Shown in pieces: positions 1-18,885 of a stretch of 64,000 bases of DNA (position 1 is its first letter; every line of letters begins with the position of its first letter). Source of the stretch: Zygnema circumcarinatum SAG 698-1b (lineage: Eukaryota; Plantae; Zygnematophyceae); the NCBI GenBank assembly GCA_037447605.1, contig CM074810.1, positions 3,692,880-3,756,879 on the forward strand, given 5' to 3'. The notes below the pieces were generated by a model, which saw only the letters and a program-made list of their open reading frames with translations, had not been told where the DNA came from and searched no databases. Made by a program: the position numbers and the translations under genes.

Positions 1-121
1 CCCTCTCCCTCCCCCCCCTCTGCTTCCCCCCCCGACCCTCCCTCCTCTCCTCCTCCTCCTAACACCGGCAAAATCTCAAATTCCCGCTTTACGGAACCGG
101 AAAATTCGCAAAATTTGACAG

Positions 122-891
122 ATTCGGAAGAATTTTTGACTATAAAAATGTTGAATTCCGATTGGATCAACGCAATTTTCGTGGTCGGAGGAATGCATTT
201 TTGGGGTTTCCTTGTGGCGTTGGCGCCTCCGTTGGTGGCTACGCTAACTGTTACCATGGAAAGGGTGGTCACATGGAACCCTAAAAAACTTGCGGTTTTT
301 ATATGGCTCGGATTTTTAGGGTTCAGTTTTTGGGGTGTTCGCATTATCGTCGATCTATTTCTCAAAATGTCGACATTTCGAGTACCGAAAAAATCTGAAA
401 TTCGAAAGGAAGTTACGGAATGTGGGACTGAAAATTCGAAGAATTTTACGGATTACGGTTTTTACGGACACATGGAAACGGGAGGAGGAGGTGGGGGCGG
501 ATGGAAATTGGAGAAGGCGGCGATGTTGGGCTCGTTAATAATTTCAATTTCGGCCCTCTCTTGTTTAAATTTTTCCTTATCTCTGATTTCGGAAATTGTT
601 CTCGTCCCTTTGACATTGCTCCTGAACCCCATTTCTTCAATTTCCGTTTTTTCAATTTTAGGGTTTGGGACGCAGCCCAGAAAAGGAGGGAGGAGAGGGC
701 TAATTTGGTATGTACTGGTTCCGATTGGTTTAGGAATTGGGAGCTGGGGGGTGCTGTACGGAGGGGAGGGTTTAGGGTTTCTTTGGGAGAGCATAGAAAT
801 GCACTTCCAGTTAGGCACAGCGTTGTACTTTCATTTGACGGTCATTGTCCTACCGTGGTGTTCTATGTTCTTACGGATTCTGTTTCAGTAA
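122..891 (+). CDS. Putative multi-pass membrane protein, probably the terminal exon of a gene starting upstream of the window
   Basis: Stop-free 258-codon frame that is not repeat-derived, with several long hydrophobic segments (e.g. LAVFIWLGFLGFSFWGV, YVLVPIGLGIGSWGVLYGG). Preceded by a pyrimidine tract and a TTGACAG acceptor at 121. No family recognised. Confidence 0.4.
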
Positions 892-1640
892 TTGAACATG
901 GGCCCTGCTACAAAGAACGGGGAACTGGAAGGACATGGAACAGCTCCTCCTGTAAAGTGATGGTGACGTATGTAGATTTGGACGTATGTTGTGGGTGACG
1001 TCACATCATGGTGTCGGTGCTGTTCAACATCGCGCGCTATGTGCTGCGAAATTGGTTTCACGGAACTGTGAACAGCATGGAAGCGTGGCCTTCCGTGAAA
1101 TGGTTGGACCAATTTAGAAAATAATTTTTATTAGGGGAAGGAAAAGTTTATCCCTAAATAAAAATCAGAACGAGTACTCTGGTTAGAACCAAGCTCCCCA
1201 CTCTACAGTTCGAATTCTTAATACGGAATGAAATTTCCAGATTTTCGCCAAAGGCTGGAACCCGAAGAGCGACTGCCGCAATGTCGCTTATCGGATGTCG
1301 CAGAACTATCGCACTATGGAGTTAACGTCGCTCAGCAGTCGCATATTGTCGCACTATGGACTTCCTTACAACCTCCGATCGTTAGGAACTCGTTTCGGTG
1401 TACAAAATCATACGGATACCTAATTTGTGTACGGAAAACCTTAAATCCTTTTTTTCCTTACGGAAAAACCCAGTTTCCGTAAAGGTTTCGTACGAATGTA
1501 CGGCCAGGTGTACATGTTCCGTACGGTCAAAAATACACGTAAGGTCGTTGCGGGCGAACTTGACCGACTGAAAAATATCTGCGGCGGTTCTCGCCTCCCA
1601 TTGGGCCAGGTGGCGGCTACCCCCCGCCAATATTTGCGGG

Positions 1641-1689
1641 GCACGTGGCGGCTCCGCAGCAGCCAACCCCGTCACTTGCAGGCACGTGT
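1641..1689 (+). promoter_or_regulatory. Two G-box/ABRE-like CACGTG elements upstream of DPE1
   Basis: GCACGTGGC near 1641 and GCACGTGTC near 1682, about 180-220 bp upstream of the DPE1 ATG. CACGTG is frequent across this window, so specificity is low. Confidence 0.3.
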
Positions 1690-1866
1690 CAACATCTCTC
1701 TCTCTCTCTCTCTTTCTTTTTCTCTCGCTCTCTCTCTCTCCCACTCTCTCTCTCTCTCCCTCCGTATTGCCGTCACTCTCCTCTCTACCACATTCCTCCC
1801 ACTCCTCTCCCTCCCCTCCTCTCTCTCCCCACTCCCCCTCCCCCCCCCCTCCCTACCTCCACAGCT

Positions 1867-9929
<8,063 letters not shown>

Positions 9930-10676
9930 AGAGAGAGAGGGAGGGGGGGAGGGGGAGAGAGAGAGAGGGAGGGAGGGGGGGGGGGGGGCGGATAAAGGGA
10001 TAAAAATAAAAAAATGGTTTAATTTTTTTTTTTTTTTTGTTTTTTTTTTATTGAGTGACATTTTATCGTTGAGAAAATAAGATGCTGTGAAGGAGGGGTG
10101 GAGGGAGGGTAGGAGGAGGGAGGGCCAAGTTTGTGATTGTTTTTTTTTTTTTTTTGAGGGAAAGTGGAGAGGCTCTTTTGTGGAAAAGAAAGGAAAGGAA
10201 AGTGTGATGTCATGATGAGAACGTGATGACGGCATGATGGCTCTGTCCTGGTTCCATTACGGATGTGTTATCGAATCAGTGTTCGCCACGTGGCAGTGTT
10301 GGGACTCGAGCTGGGACTCAACCGGCGGTCACAGCGGTCGACGGCAGCGACCCACATGCCCGCACGTGGCAGTAGATCCTCAGCACCCACGTGGCGACGC
10401 GAGATTGGAAAACGCCATCGCGTTCGGTGGAACTTGGCAGCAAAATCTCGCCATGTAGACAACACATAGACGCCACGTAGATGCCACGTCACTGCCACGT
10501 AGGTGAAACGCGTCATAATGGAACCGGAAATGCGTCGCAAACGACGCTAAACTGGTCCATGGAACCGCACTCCAATGCGGGGCGAAATGTCCACGCATGT
10601 GGATGAACGACGGCCGTAGGTTGGCCCACAACGGCGGCAGATTCATGTTCAAGTTGGGATCAGGGTGAGTCCACAG

Positions 10677-11946
10677 TAGGGATGGATTAGTTACGACTAT
10701 ATATTATATATTATATTATACAACTGTGACGACTAGATAACGGCTGATATACAGGCCTCTTCAAATAGGGGATTTCGGCTTAAGATAGGGGACTGTCCCC
10801 TAACTTGGTTTTGTAAAAACACGTAAATATGGACTGTACGGACGAAACCGTGCACGTACGGACGAGAATTTTGTGGAGACTTTGCTTCATCATTTCCCAA
10901 CACTGCTACTGTCGAGTCTGATTTTTCAGTAATTGGATGGGAGAAAGACGAGTTTCGAAAGAGGTTGACAGACTTTTCATTGAAGAAAGCATTCTTCTAC
11001 TTTACGAAACAGTTTGATAAGTTTGACACTTGAGGGTCTCTTTCAGTAGTTGCATCACTTCTATAACTGTCTTGATCAACCTAAAACTCCTAAGGGAGTG
11101 AGACCATTTTTCATTTCATTTCTAATTTTAGTTCCTATTTCAGTTTTTCTTTTGTGACTACACCTAGAATTTANGAGGTTATGATTTGGAATAGAGTTTT
11201 TGTGAGGGGGTACAGGCTATGATAGATTCTAAAGTCATACTTGGAGTAATTAATGATGGATGGAAAAGTAAATATAGAGCTTAGGATTGGATCTATAAAG
11301 TTTCAGTGCAATTGGGACTTGAATAAGCAACTATATGTTGTGATTACAATGCACAGTTAATTTCCTAAATGGTGGTAAAATTTACGTCTAAGGTCCAGAA
11401 AAGTTGCACCAGTTTTAAAGCGTGTTGTTATACCAACAAGTAAAGTTCATATACATCATTGCTATCGTGGTTGCAAATGCAATTCATTTCCATTTTGTTT
11501 TTAACCAAAAAAATGCTTTTTTGGGGCTTGTGTGGTATTTAAGTTGAAATCACGTAAACTAATCTCAAAATCTTACATAAATAAGCTATTTTCGATATTT
11601 AGGGGATCTCCCCTATTTGAAGAGGCCTGTTGATATATATTAATTTACAACGCCTTTACAACATGTACGGTCGCACGGTCGTACGACTGTACGGTATTAT
11701 GCGGCCCGAGCACGAGCAGGCAGAGTGAACCAGACGGACGCATTTCGCAACGCCAACGCCAAAACGACCTAATAATGGTATGGTACGACCGTACGACCGT
11801 ATGAGTACGGTCGTACGGTCGTTAATTGTTCAAAACGAGTGGGTATAATATATGTAATAAAGTGCTTAGTTTGTAATATATTATTAATTTTAAACCCGTT
11901 GTAAATTATATAATATATTCGGAATTTATAACGCGGGCCATCCCTA
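10677..11946. mobile_element. Non-autonomous hAT element with Ac/Ds-like ends (outer element)
   Basis: TIRs TAGGGATGG (10677) and CCATCCCTA (11938-11946). Exact 8-bp TSD GTCCACAG at 10669-10676 and 11947-11954. Repeated GTACGGTCG/CGACCGTAC subterminal motifs. An 8-bp TSD and TAGGGATG ends are hAT hallmarks. Confidence 0.85.
10752..11629 (+). mobile_element. Non-autonomous hAT deletion derivative, copy 1, nested in the Ds-like element
   Basis: TIRs CAGGCCTCTTCAAATAGGG and CCCTATTTGAAGAGGCCTG. 8-bp TSD CTGATATA/TTGATATA (7 of 8 match). Carries a transposase C-terminal remnant at 10866-11033 (FCGDFASSFPNTATVESDFSVIGWEKDEFRKRLTDFSL). Confidence 0.88.
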
Positions 11947-11993
11947 GTCCACAGTAGAATCAGCGGCCGTACAGACGTACCTCGCCACAGCGG

Positions 11994-12428
11994 CAGGCCT
12001 CTTCAAATAGGGGAGATCCCCTAAATATCGTAAATAGCTTATTTATGTAAGATTTTGAGATTAGTTTACGTGATTTCAACTTAAATACCACACAAGCCCC
12101 AAAAAAGCATTTTTTTGGTTAAAAACAAAAAGGAAATGAATTGCATTTGCAACCACGATAGCAATGATGTATATGAACTTTACTTGTTGGTATAACAACA
12201 CGGCTTNNNNNNNNNNCTCTTTCGAAACTCGTCTTTCTCCCATCCAATGACTGAAAAATCAGACTCGACAGTAGCAGTGTTGGGAAATGATGAAGCAAGG
12301 TCTCCACAAAATTCTCGTCCGTACGTGCACGGTTTCGTCCGTACAGTCCATATTTACGTGTTTTTACAAAACCAAGTTAGGGGACAGTCCCCTATCTTAA
12401 GCCGAAATCCCCTATTTGAAGAGGCCTC
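11994..12428 (-). mobile_element. Non-autonomous hAT deletion derivative, copy 2 (inverted, N gap inside)
   Basis: Both arms are the reverse complement of copy 1. Same TIR, with the last base changed to C. Exact 8-bp TSD CACAGCGG at 11986-11993 and 12429-12436. Confidence 0.88.
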
Positions 12429-14110
12429 CACAGCGGTCATCAAATTCCGCCGTACGGTTCAAGTGGCTACCGTACCGTACGGCCATCCACAACTGCACTG
12501 AGTCACGCGACTCACACGGGGGAAGGCCGCCACTTGTAATGGGTTCGTCGTGCTGCTGACGTCATCAGGATTTTTTCAGTCGCTTCAAACGAGCGCGAGT
12601 GCCATCCCGTCTGCGCAGATTTCGCGCATGCTTCGAGCCGGTTTGCCATTTGATGACGTGATCCAAAACCGGGTTTTCATCGGCGGGAAACTCGACTGGC
12701 GTTTGGCGACACGAGCAGCTGACGCCGCTTCCGCTTCGCAAAGGTCGGCGAAATTCCCTCTTGATTTTACTGACCAACCGATCGTACGGCGCGCCACTTG
12801 GCTTGCTGTCATATGACAAGGTGTACGATTGGGACCGGTTCGGACCGGACCGGACCAGATCGAGTCGTATCCAGCATTGAAGCCATCCAGATATTGGTTG
12901 TCGTTTCGCTAAGACCACCTGAAGATCTTATTGCCTGGCATTTGTCGCCAAGCACCGATGACAGTCGTTCTTGTCGTCTTCTGCTTAAAAACGGAAAGTT
13001 GCAATCTCCGCAAAACCCGCCGGCATTTCATTCCATCCAGACAAGAACGACGAACACGTGCCTTGCCATACAGAGGTTATTCGCACTTGTGGTCCACGGG
13101 TCACGCTCTACAAGCCTATACATTGTTGGCATTTTTGACTCACCAATGTCCTGCCGTATTTACACGTGTAAAGTCCTGTCGATTGGTTACGTGGCAGGCC
13201 ATTGTTCGTTGATTCTGGAAAGCCTTAAAAATTCTGCACCATCAAGTTTGAATGAATCTGGACCGTGGAAAATTTAATCTTTCACTGTCGGTCCACCAGT
13301 GGAGGGGGTGTCAACAAAATCTTACGAAAGCGTTACGAAATTAAGGTTGAAAAGGTCCTCCGCCGCAGGATAACCGCCTTGTCACTGAAGTACTTATTCT
13401 TTATTTAAACATACTAACACGCATACTGACGATTTTTATGTCTGACACCCTCCAGTGTTGGAAGGAGCGCCTGGTAACGCCACATGCGTAAAGCGACAAA
13501 GGGTCAACAGTTGTCACGTGTCGTTTTGTGCCGACAGCTTGTACGGTCCCCAATGTCGGCTGTCTGGTGGCAGTCTGACCGCCTGTCCACCACTGTCTGA
13601 CACGTGTCAAATGTCTCCATAGACAGCAACACGTGTCGTCCCGTACGTCGCTTATTTTCAAGCCATGCCACGTGGCATTGCGCGCCGACCATAAAGAGAT
13701 TCTTGAAGACTCGGGAACGCCACTCATATCGTGTCGTGTAAGAATTGTACACGTGGCATATAATCATTGGTGGGAGTTTCATCGCAGGCTATCAAAGTAC
13801 GCCACGTGGCATATCCGATCTGAACCTCTCCGCCGGTTATTCCCGGGAAGCGGAGGCACCCGACCAGCAACGACTGAAGTTTTTTTTTAGTCTGCCCGGG
13901 TTCGCTTCTTTCTTCCATTCTGGGACTCGGGCAGGAAAAAAAAAAGCAAGTCAGGTTTCAGCCCGCTGCTTTCGACCGTCCGATCTACACCAACGAACGG
14001 TTCAGGATGTTCCAATCGCTGCTGTACGGAAGTAGAAACGGTCGAGTTCTATTGCTCTCCCCAGACTGTCATTTCTAACAACATTTGGTTTTGAGAAACA
14101 AGTAAGGATG

Positions 14111-14265
14111 TGGCATTGATCTCACGCATGGCGAGGCCATCAAATGTACATGGCCAACATGGGGAACCACGAGGAACTGGGCGCAAAGGATCTTTTAGCT
14201 CAAAAGTAAAAAGCTATGAGCGTAAGACTACGCCTCGGCTCAACACCTCCCTCCCTCGAAGCTGC
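14111..14265 (+). repeat. Dispersed repeat with a 5' hairpin motif and a single 27-bp-type core unit
   Basis: ATTGATCTCACGCATGGCGAGGCCATCAAAT ... GGGAACCACGAGGAACTGGGCGCAAAGG ... ACTACGCCTCGGCTCAA. Homologous to 41298-41950. The hairpin motif recurs at 48916-48945 and 63965-63994 (minus). Confidence 0.75.
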
Positions 14266-14575
14266 CGCGAAGGTCGCCGATCGATCGATGTGCGGCACAC
14301 CACAATGCGCGGACGATGGTTCGTGGCACACTGCTGGCTGCTAGGGGATTTAGGGTTGGTAGGGATTGAGTCTGAAAGGAAGAAAGTCATGCGCATGGCA
14401 TGCGCGCACATGCATGCATGCATGCATGCATGTAGTACCATGACGATATCCATGCATCATGTATGCATGATGCTAATGGTAACATGACGTCATACCGCCA
14501 TGAACCCCACGTTTCATGACAAACGGACACAGCAACAGCAGGAATGCATACCGCTTTGGATGCACAAGTATTCAA

Positions 14576-14606
<31 letters not shown>

Positions 14607-15145
14607 GGGGAAGGCAAGCCACGGTCCAACTAAAAATACGCCACTTAGAAAATAGATCTCAAAGCAAGAGCAAAGCCAACCCCGACAAGTTGAATTAAAA
14701 CAAGTAGAAAGAACAAATAATTTGAAAAATGTATTTTCGAAAACAAACAATTGAAATCCCCTTCCCTCCGTCTCTCTCTCCCTCTCTCTCTCCCACTTCC
14801 CACCAATGGCGTCCCTTCCCTCTGGGAGATGTACCTGGACGCTACTCATGTCCAGGATCATTATTTGAATCGCAACAATTGCTAAATCTTTAGCCCCCGA
14901 AACTCTGAACCCTCCGTTGGCTTACGTTCCAGGGTCTCCCTTATTGGTCCGCCACCAAAAAAAAAATAGCAAAACCCTAATTTTCCAAAAGAAAAATCTA
15001 TTTTTCGCCCGAACCAAAGTCAAAGGAGGGCCCTCTTCTATGTACAAAGCGGCCCAGTTTCTTGTTTTTCAGAGCAGCCCACGATCGGACCTAAAGCTCC
15101 CTCCGAAAAAAAAAAGAGACTGGGACTCCCGTTCGCACTATCTCC

Positions 15146-15311
15146 AACTGAAAACGGAACTGGAAACGGAACTGGACACGGAACTAAGAACGGAACTGCA
15201 AACGTTACTAAGAACGAAACTGAAAACGGAATTGCAAACGGCCAAAAACGGAACTGAAAACGGAACTGAAATGGAAACTGCAGACGGGACTAAGAACGGA
15301 ATTGGAGACTG
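15146..15311 (+). repeat. 12-bp minisatellite (AAAACGGAACTG consensus, about 14 degenerate copies)
   Basis: Tandem AAAACGGAACTG/GAAACGGAACTG/AGAACGGAACTG units read directly. Confidence 0.8.
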
Positions 15312-15399
15312 TCAAGACGGCGTTCCATGTGTCAAATTTCTCGATTTAATAACAAATTTTCTTAAGCTTTTAAAGAGAAAAAGAAAAATGAAAGGAAAT

Positions 15400-16446
15400 T
15401 TACGCTCCCACAGCCTCCTGGAGCGTCGCCTGCTCGATTAAAAGGTGGCAGGACGGAGACTCTCCATGTGAGGCCTTGTAACTGAATTCCGTTGAACTGC
15501 CGTGCGAGCTGCTCTGTAGAGACGACGCCCCCGAAACGGTTTCCGTGTCCTCCGTTTTCTGAGGAAAACAGTCGCTCCCTAACAGAAACCGTAACAGCCG
15601 GTTTGAATCTTCCGCCATAGAACACGCTCTCCCTCCCTCCCTCTCCTTCCGCCTCTGCCTCTCCCTCTCTCTCTCCCTCTCTTCCGCCTCCCTCATCAGC
15701 TTCTCCTTCCACACTCTCTCCTTCCTCGCACTCTCCTCCCTCTCTCTCCTCTCCCTCTGCTCGCTCTCTCCCTCTCCCGACCCCTCACTCCCACTGCTGC
15801 TGCAGCTGCTGCTTCCATGGCTCCACTTCGACTCCGTACCGTCGTACGATCGTCCGTACTCCTTGACGAGAGAGAGAGCGCTCCCTCCCTCTCCCTCCCT
15901 CTCTCTCTCCCTCCCTCCCTTCCCTTCCCTCTCCGTCTGCAGCTGCCGCAACCACGCCAGCTTCACTTCCCACTCGCTCTCCCTCTCCTCACTCTCCATC
16001 TCCTTCTCCCTCTCCAACACCCTCTCCCTCACTCTCTCCACCTCCCTCTCCTTCTCCATCAACCTCTTCATAACCCTCTCCCTCTCCCTCTCCCTCTCTC
16101 CCGCTCTCTCCCCTCCTACCCTTGTCCTTATCCGGGGGAGGTTGAGCTCCGGCAGTACAGCCGCCGCCATGGCTGCCGGAGGAAACTTGCCAGGTGTCAC
16201 TCTCTCCTTGATCTCCGCCGCCACCGGGGCGGGCCCCACCATCACGGCACGTGGCATTCCGGGCAGCCCCAAAGATTTCAGGAGCGGCCCCACGCTGCCC
16301 CGGGCAGCACAAAAATTTTCCTTGTCCGCGCGGATGGGGACGGCTGGAGGGAGCACGGCCCGGCGGAGGGCAGAGTTGAGGCAGAGGGCACACGTGGCGG
16401 CTTGCAAGGGCCGCCGGGCGAGGTGGGCACACGTGTCAGGGGCCAT
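15400..16446 (-). CDS. Hypothetical protein with charged low-complexity/coiled-coil segments
   Basis: 348-aa ATG-to-TAA ORF with non-repetitive GC-rich segments (CALC, DKEN, LPELNLP, WEVKLAWLRQLQ) between E/R-rich stretches. Exon structure uncertain and no family recognised. Confidence 0.4.
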   Translation of the reverse strand: MAPDTCAHLARRPLQAATCALCLNSALRRAVLPPAVPIRADKENFCAARGSVGPLLKSLGLPGMPRAVMVGPAPVAAEIKERVTPGKFPPAAMAAAVLPELNLPRIRTRVGGERAGERERERERVMKRLMEKEREVERVRERVLEREKEMESEERESEWEVKLAWLRQLQTEREGKGGREREREGEGGSALSLVKEYGRSYDGTESKWSHGSSSCSSSGSEGSGEGESEQRERREREESARKERVWKEKLMREAEERERERERQRRKEREGGRACSMAEDSNRLLRFLLGSDCFPQKTEDTETVSGASSLQSSSHGSSTEFSYKASHGESPSCHLLIEQATLQEAVGA

Positions 16447-18334
16447 CTCTCTCTCTCCGCCCTCTCTCTCTCTCTCCCTCCCTCCTCCGCGTTTGCTTCA
16501 GCGACCACTCTCCACCTTCCCTTCCTCTCCCTCAACCCCCCTCTTCCACTCCTTTTATCTCTCTCTTCCCCCCCACTCCCGTTCTCCCCTCCCTCTCTCC
16601 CCCTCTCACTCCCTCTGCCTCCCCCTCACTCTCTCCCCCGCTTTTCCACCCTCTCCCCTCCTCTCACTCCCTCTCCCTCCCCTCTCCCACTCTCTCCCCT
16701 CCCTTTCCCCCTATCTCCGTCTCCCTCTCCCGCTCCCTCTCCCTCTCCCTCTCCCTCTACATCTCCCTCTCCCCCTCGTACTTCTCCCAACTGCAACCCC
16801 CGCCCGCCCCCACGACGCCGCTCGTACGGACGCGCCACGTGGCGCCCCCTCACGGGCATGTCGGTCACTGCCGTCGAGGAGCGCCGAACGCTCACACGAG
16901 CAAGGGACGGGCAGCATCAGGGAAACTTTTTCCTTATCGTTCGTACAACCATTGGAGCCGCCGTACGCCACGCCGCCGCTTCTGATTGGTTATTTGGTCT
17001 GCCCGTCCCGGCGGTCAGAACATAGAAATTAAAAATTAGAAAATATTGGGAACATGTTGGGAGTAAATTTGTTGTCATGGTGCCACGTGGCATTCAATGG
17101 AGGACCGTCGAAATTCAGTAACGTGTCGATGTCGAAAAGGACGACGACCGTTTGTCGATTTGCACGGAAAAGGCGCCGCAATTGGCGGCGCTGACCGGCA
17201 GCCTGTAGAAAATAATTTCCTGAAATTTAGGGCGACTTCTAGACGCTCGCTGACGCGCCACGTGTTTAATTGACCAGGAAAGTAAACATTTTCATTAGAA
17301 CCTACGGTACGAGGAATTTCCAGAATTGTTTTTACCTGCCCAAAATACCGATTTTCTTTGGCTGTTTCGTCTTGTCGTACAGCCATAGGCAGTTGTGCAG
17401 CGGATCGGTCATAGCGGGCAGACAAATTTACTTTTTTTTTTTCTCATTAATTTGGAGGCGTGGACGCATCAGCTGACAGCCTACACAGAGAAGTCAAGAG
17501 ACGCTCAGCGACAAAATGTCGGTGACATAAATGCAAATATCAGCAGCTGCGGTGTTTTTGTCTGACATCGACGGAGTTTGTCGTTTTGCTGTTGATATCG
17601 ATTCCACGATCGACATCTCCGTTTTGTCCGCAATAGAGAAACTCTCAGATAGCACAATCTACTGCATGTTACCATTTGTCGTTTTGAAAAGATACAAATT
17701 TTGCGGATTTCCAGGTAGAGATACCAGCTGGCAGGGTGTTCAATTAGACAACGACAAATTGACTGTACAGACGAACGGGGACAAACGGACGGCTTTCGCC
17801 CAAAAGTGTCCGTTGGTGGCCGCCCACGTTGGCGGCAACCGCGGAAACCGGCAGAAACAACAAGTCACGTCATCAGATCTGTCGTTTTTGGAAATTTCTT
17901 TTAAGGTCAACGTCACAGAACTTCCAACGAAATTCGCGAAGATCTAAAAATCCAAGAAAAAACATTTTCTGACCGGCAGTTGAGCAATTTCCTCCTATAA
18001 TATCAAGACGGACAGCGCTTCGAGCGTTTTTTAACTGCCCGGATATGATTCATTTTTCACGTACGGACAACACAATCGTTAATTTCGCCTGTCGCATTCG
18101 ATGTCCATTTGGACGCACCGAACAATCGAAACTCGCCACGTGCACAAAAAATCTGCATCGCTGCGTCCAACATGGATACGGACACGCCAGCCAAAATCCT
18201 GCGACCAATAGAAGCCGCCACTTAAAGTACCTNNNNNNNNNNCACGTCTACTTGGGAATCAAAGTCAACTCAAAATCCTACCAAAACGCAGCCGCTCTGA
18301 AGTCGCGGATGTAAATTCAGGTGGATCACATCAT

Positions 18335-18885
18335 TTGACTGACTACTACCCACGACCAATGAGTAAAGACACATTGGATGGTCTCCATATGCGGCTTCTC
18401 AATAGCTGCATCAGCTCTAATTTACCCTTTCGAGTGGTAGAAAACTCGCATTTCAAAGATTTTCTTGAACAGTTAAACCCTGCATACACATTACCTTCTC
18501 GGAGCACACTGACAAACACCATTTTTCCTAGGGCCTATGGTGATACTTGGTCAAAGACAATAGAGACGATATCCCAGATTACAAATGTTACTTTAGCATT
18601 GGATGGTTGGACCGATGTCTCTGGCAATCAAATTTTTGGATTTATGGCTTTAACAGGGGAAGGTAGGGGTCTTATCCTAAGTATCGAGCACCTGACAAAT
18701 AGGCCAACAACGGACAATCTTTTGACCCTTTTATCAAAAGTCATAGCTAAAGTCGGACTATCAGTTTCAAAGTCAGTTTGTGCTATTGTCACAGATAATC
18801 CTACTGTTATGACATGTCTTAGGGGGAGATTTTTGGAAGAGAATCCTGGTGTAGTCTCTATCAATTGCATTCTTCACACTTTTAA
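18335..18885 (+). pseudogene. hAT transposase, N-terminal/catalytic part, split by copia A
   Basis: RNase H-fold hAT motifs LPFRVVEN..F..FL..LNPAY.LPSR.TL, TLALDGWTD, AIVTDN and CILH (CxxH). The frame is cut at TTTAA 18881-18885. Confidence 0.9.

Noticed and set aside
13297-13457. Possible 160-bp MITE with CAGTGGAGGG(GG)TGTCA-like inverted ends
   Set aside because: The inverted repeat is imperfect, and I found no TSD and no second copy.
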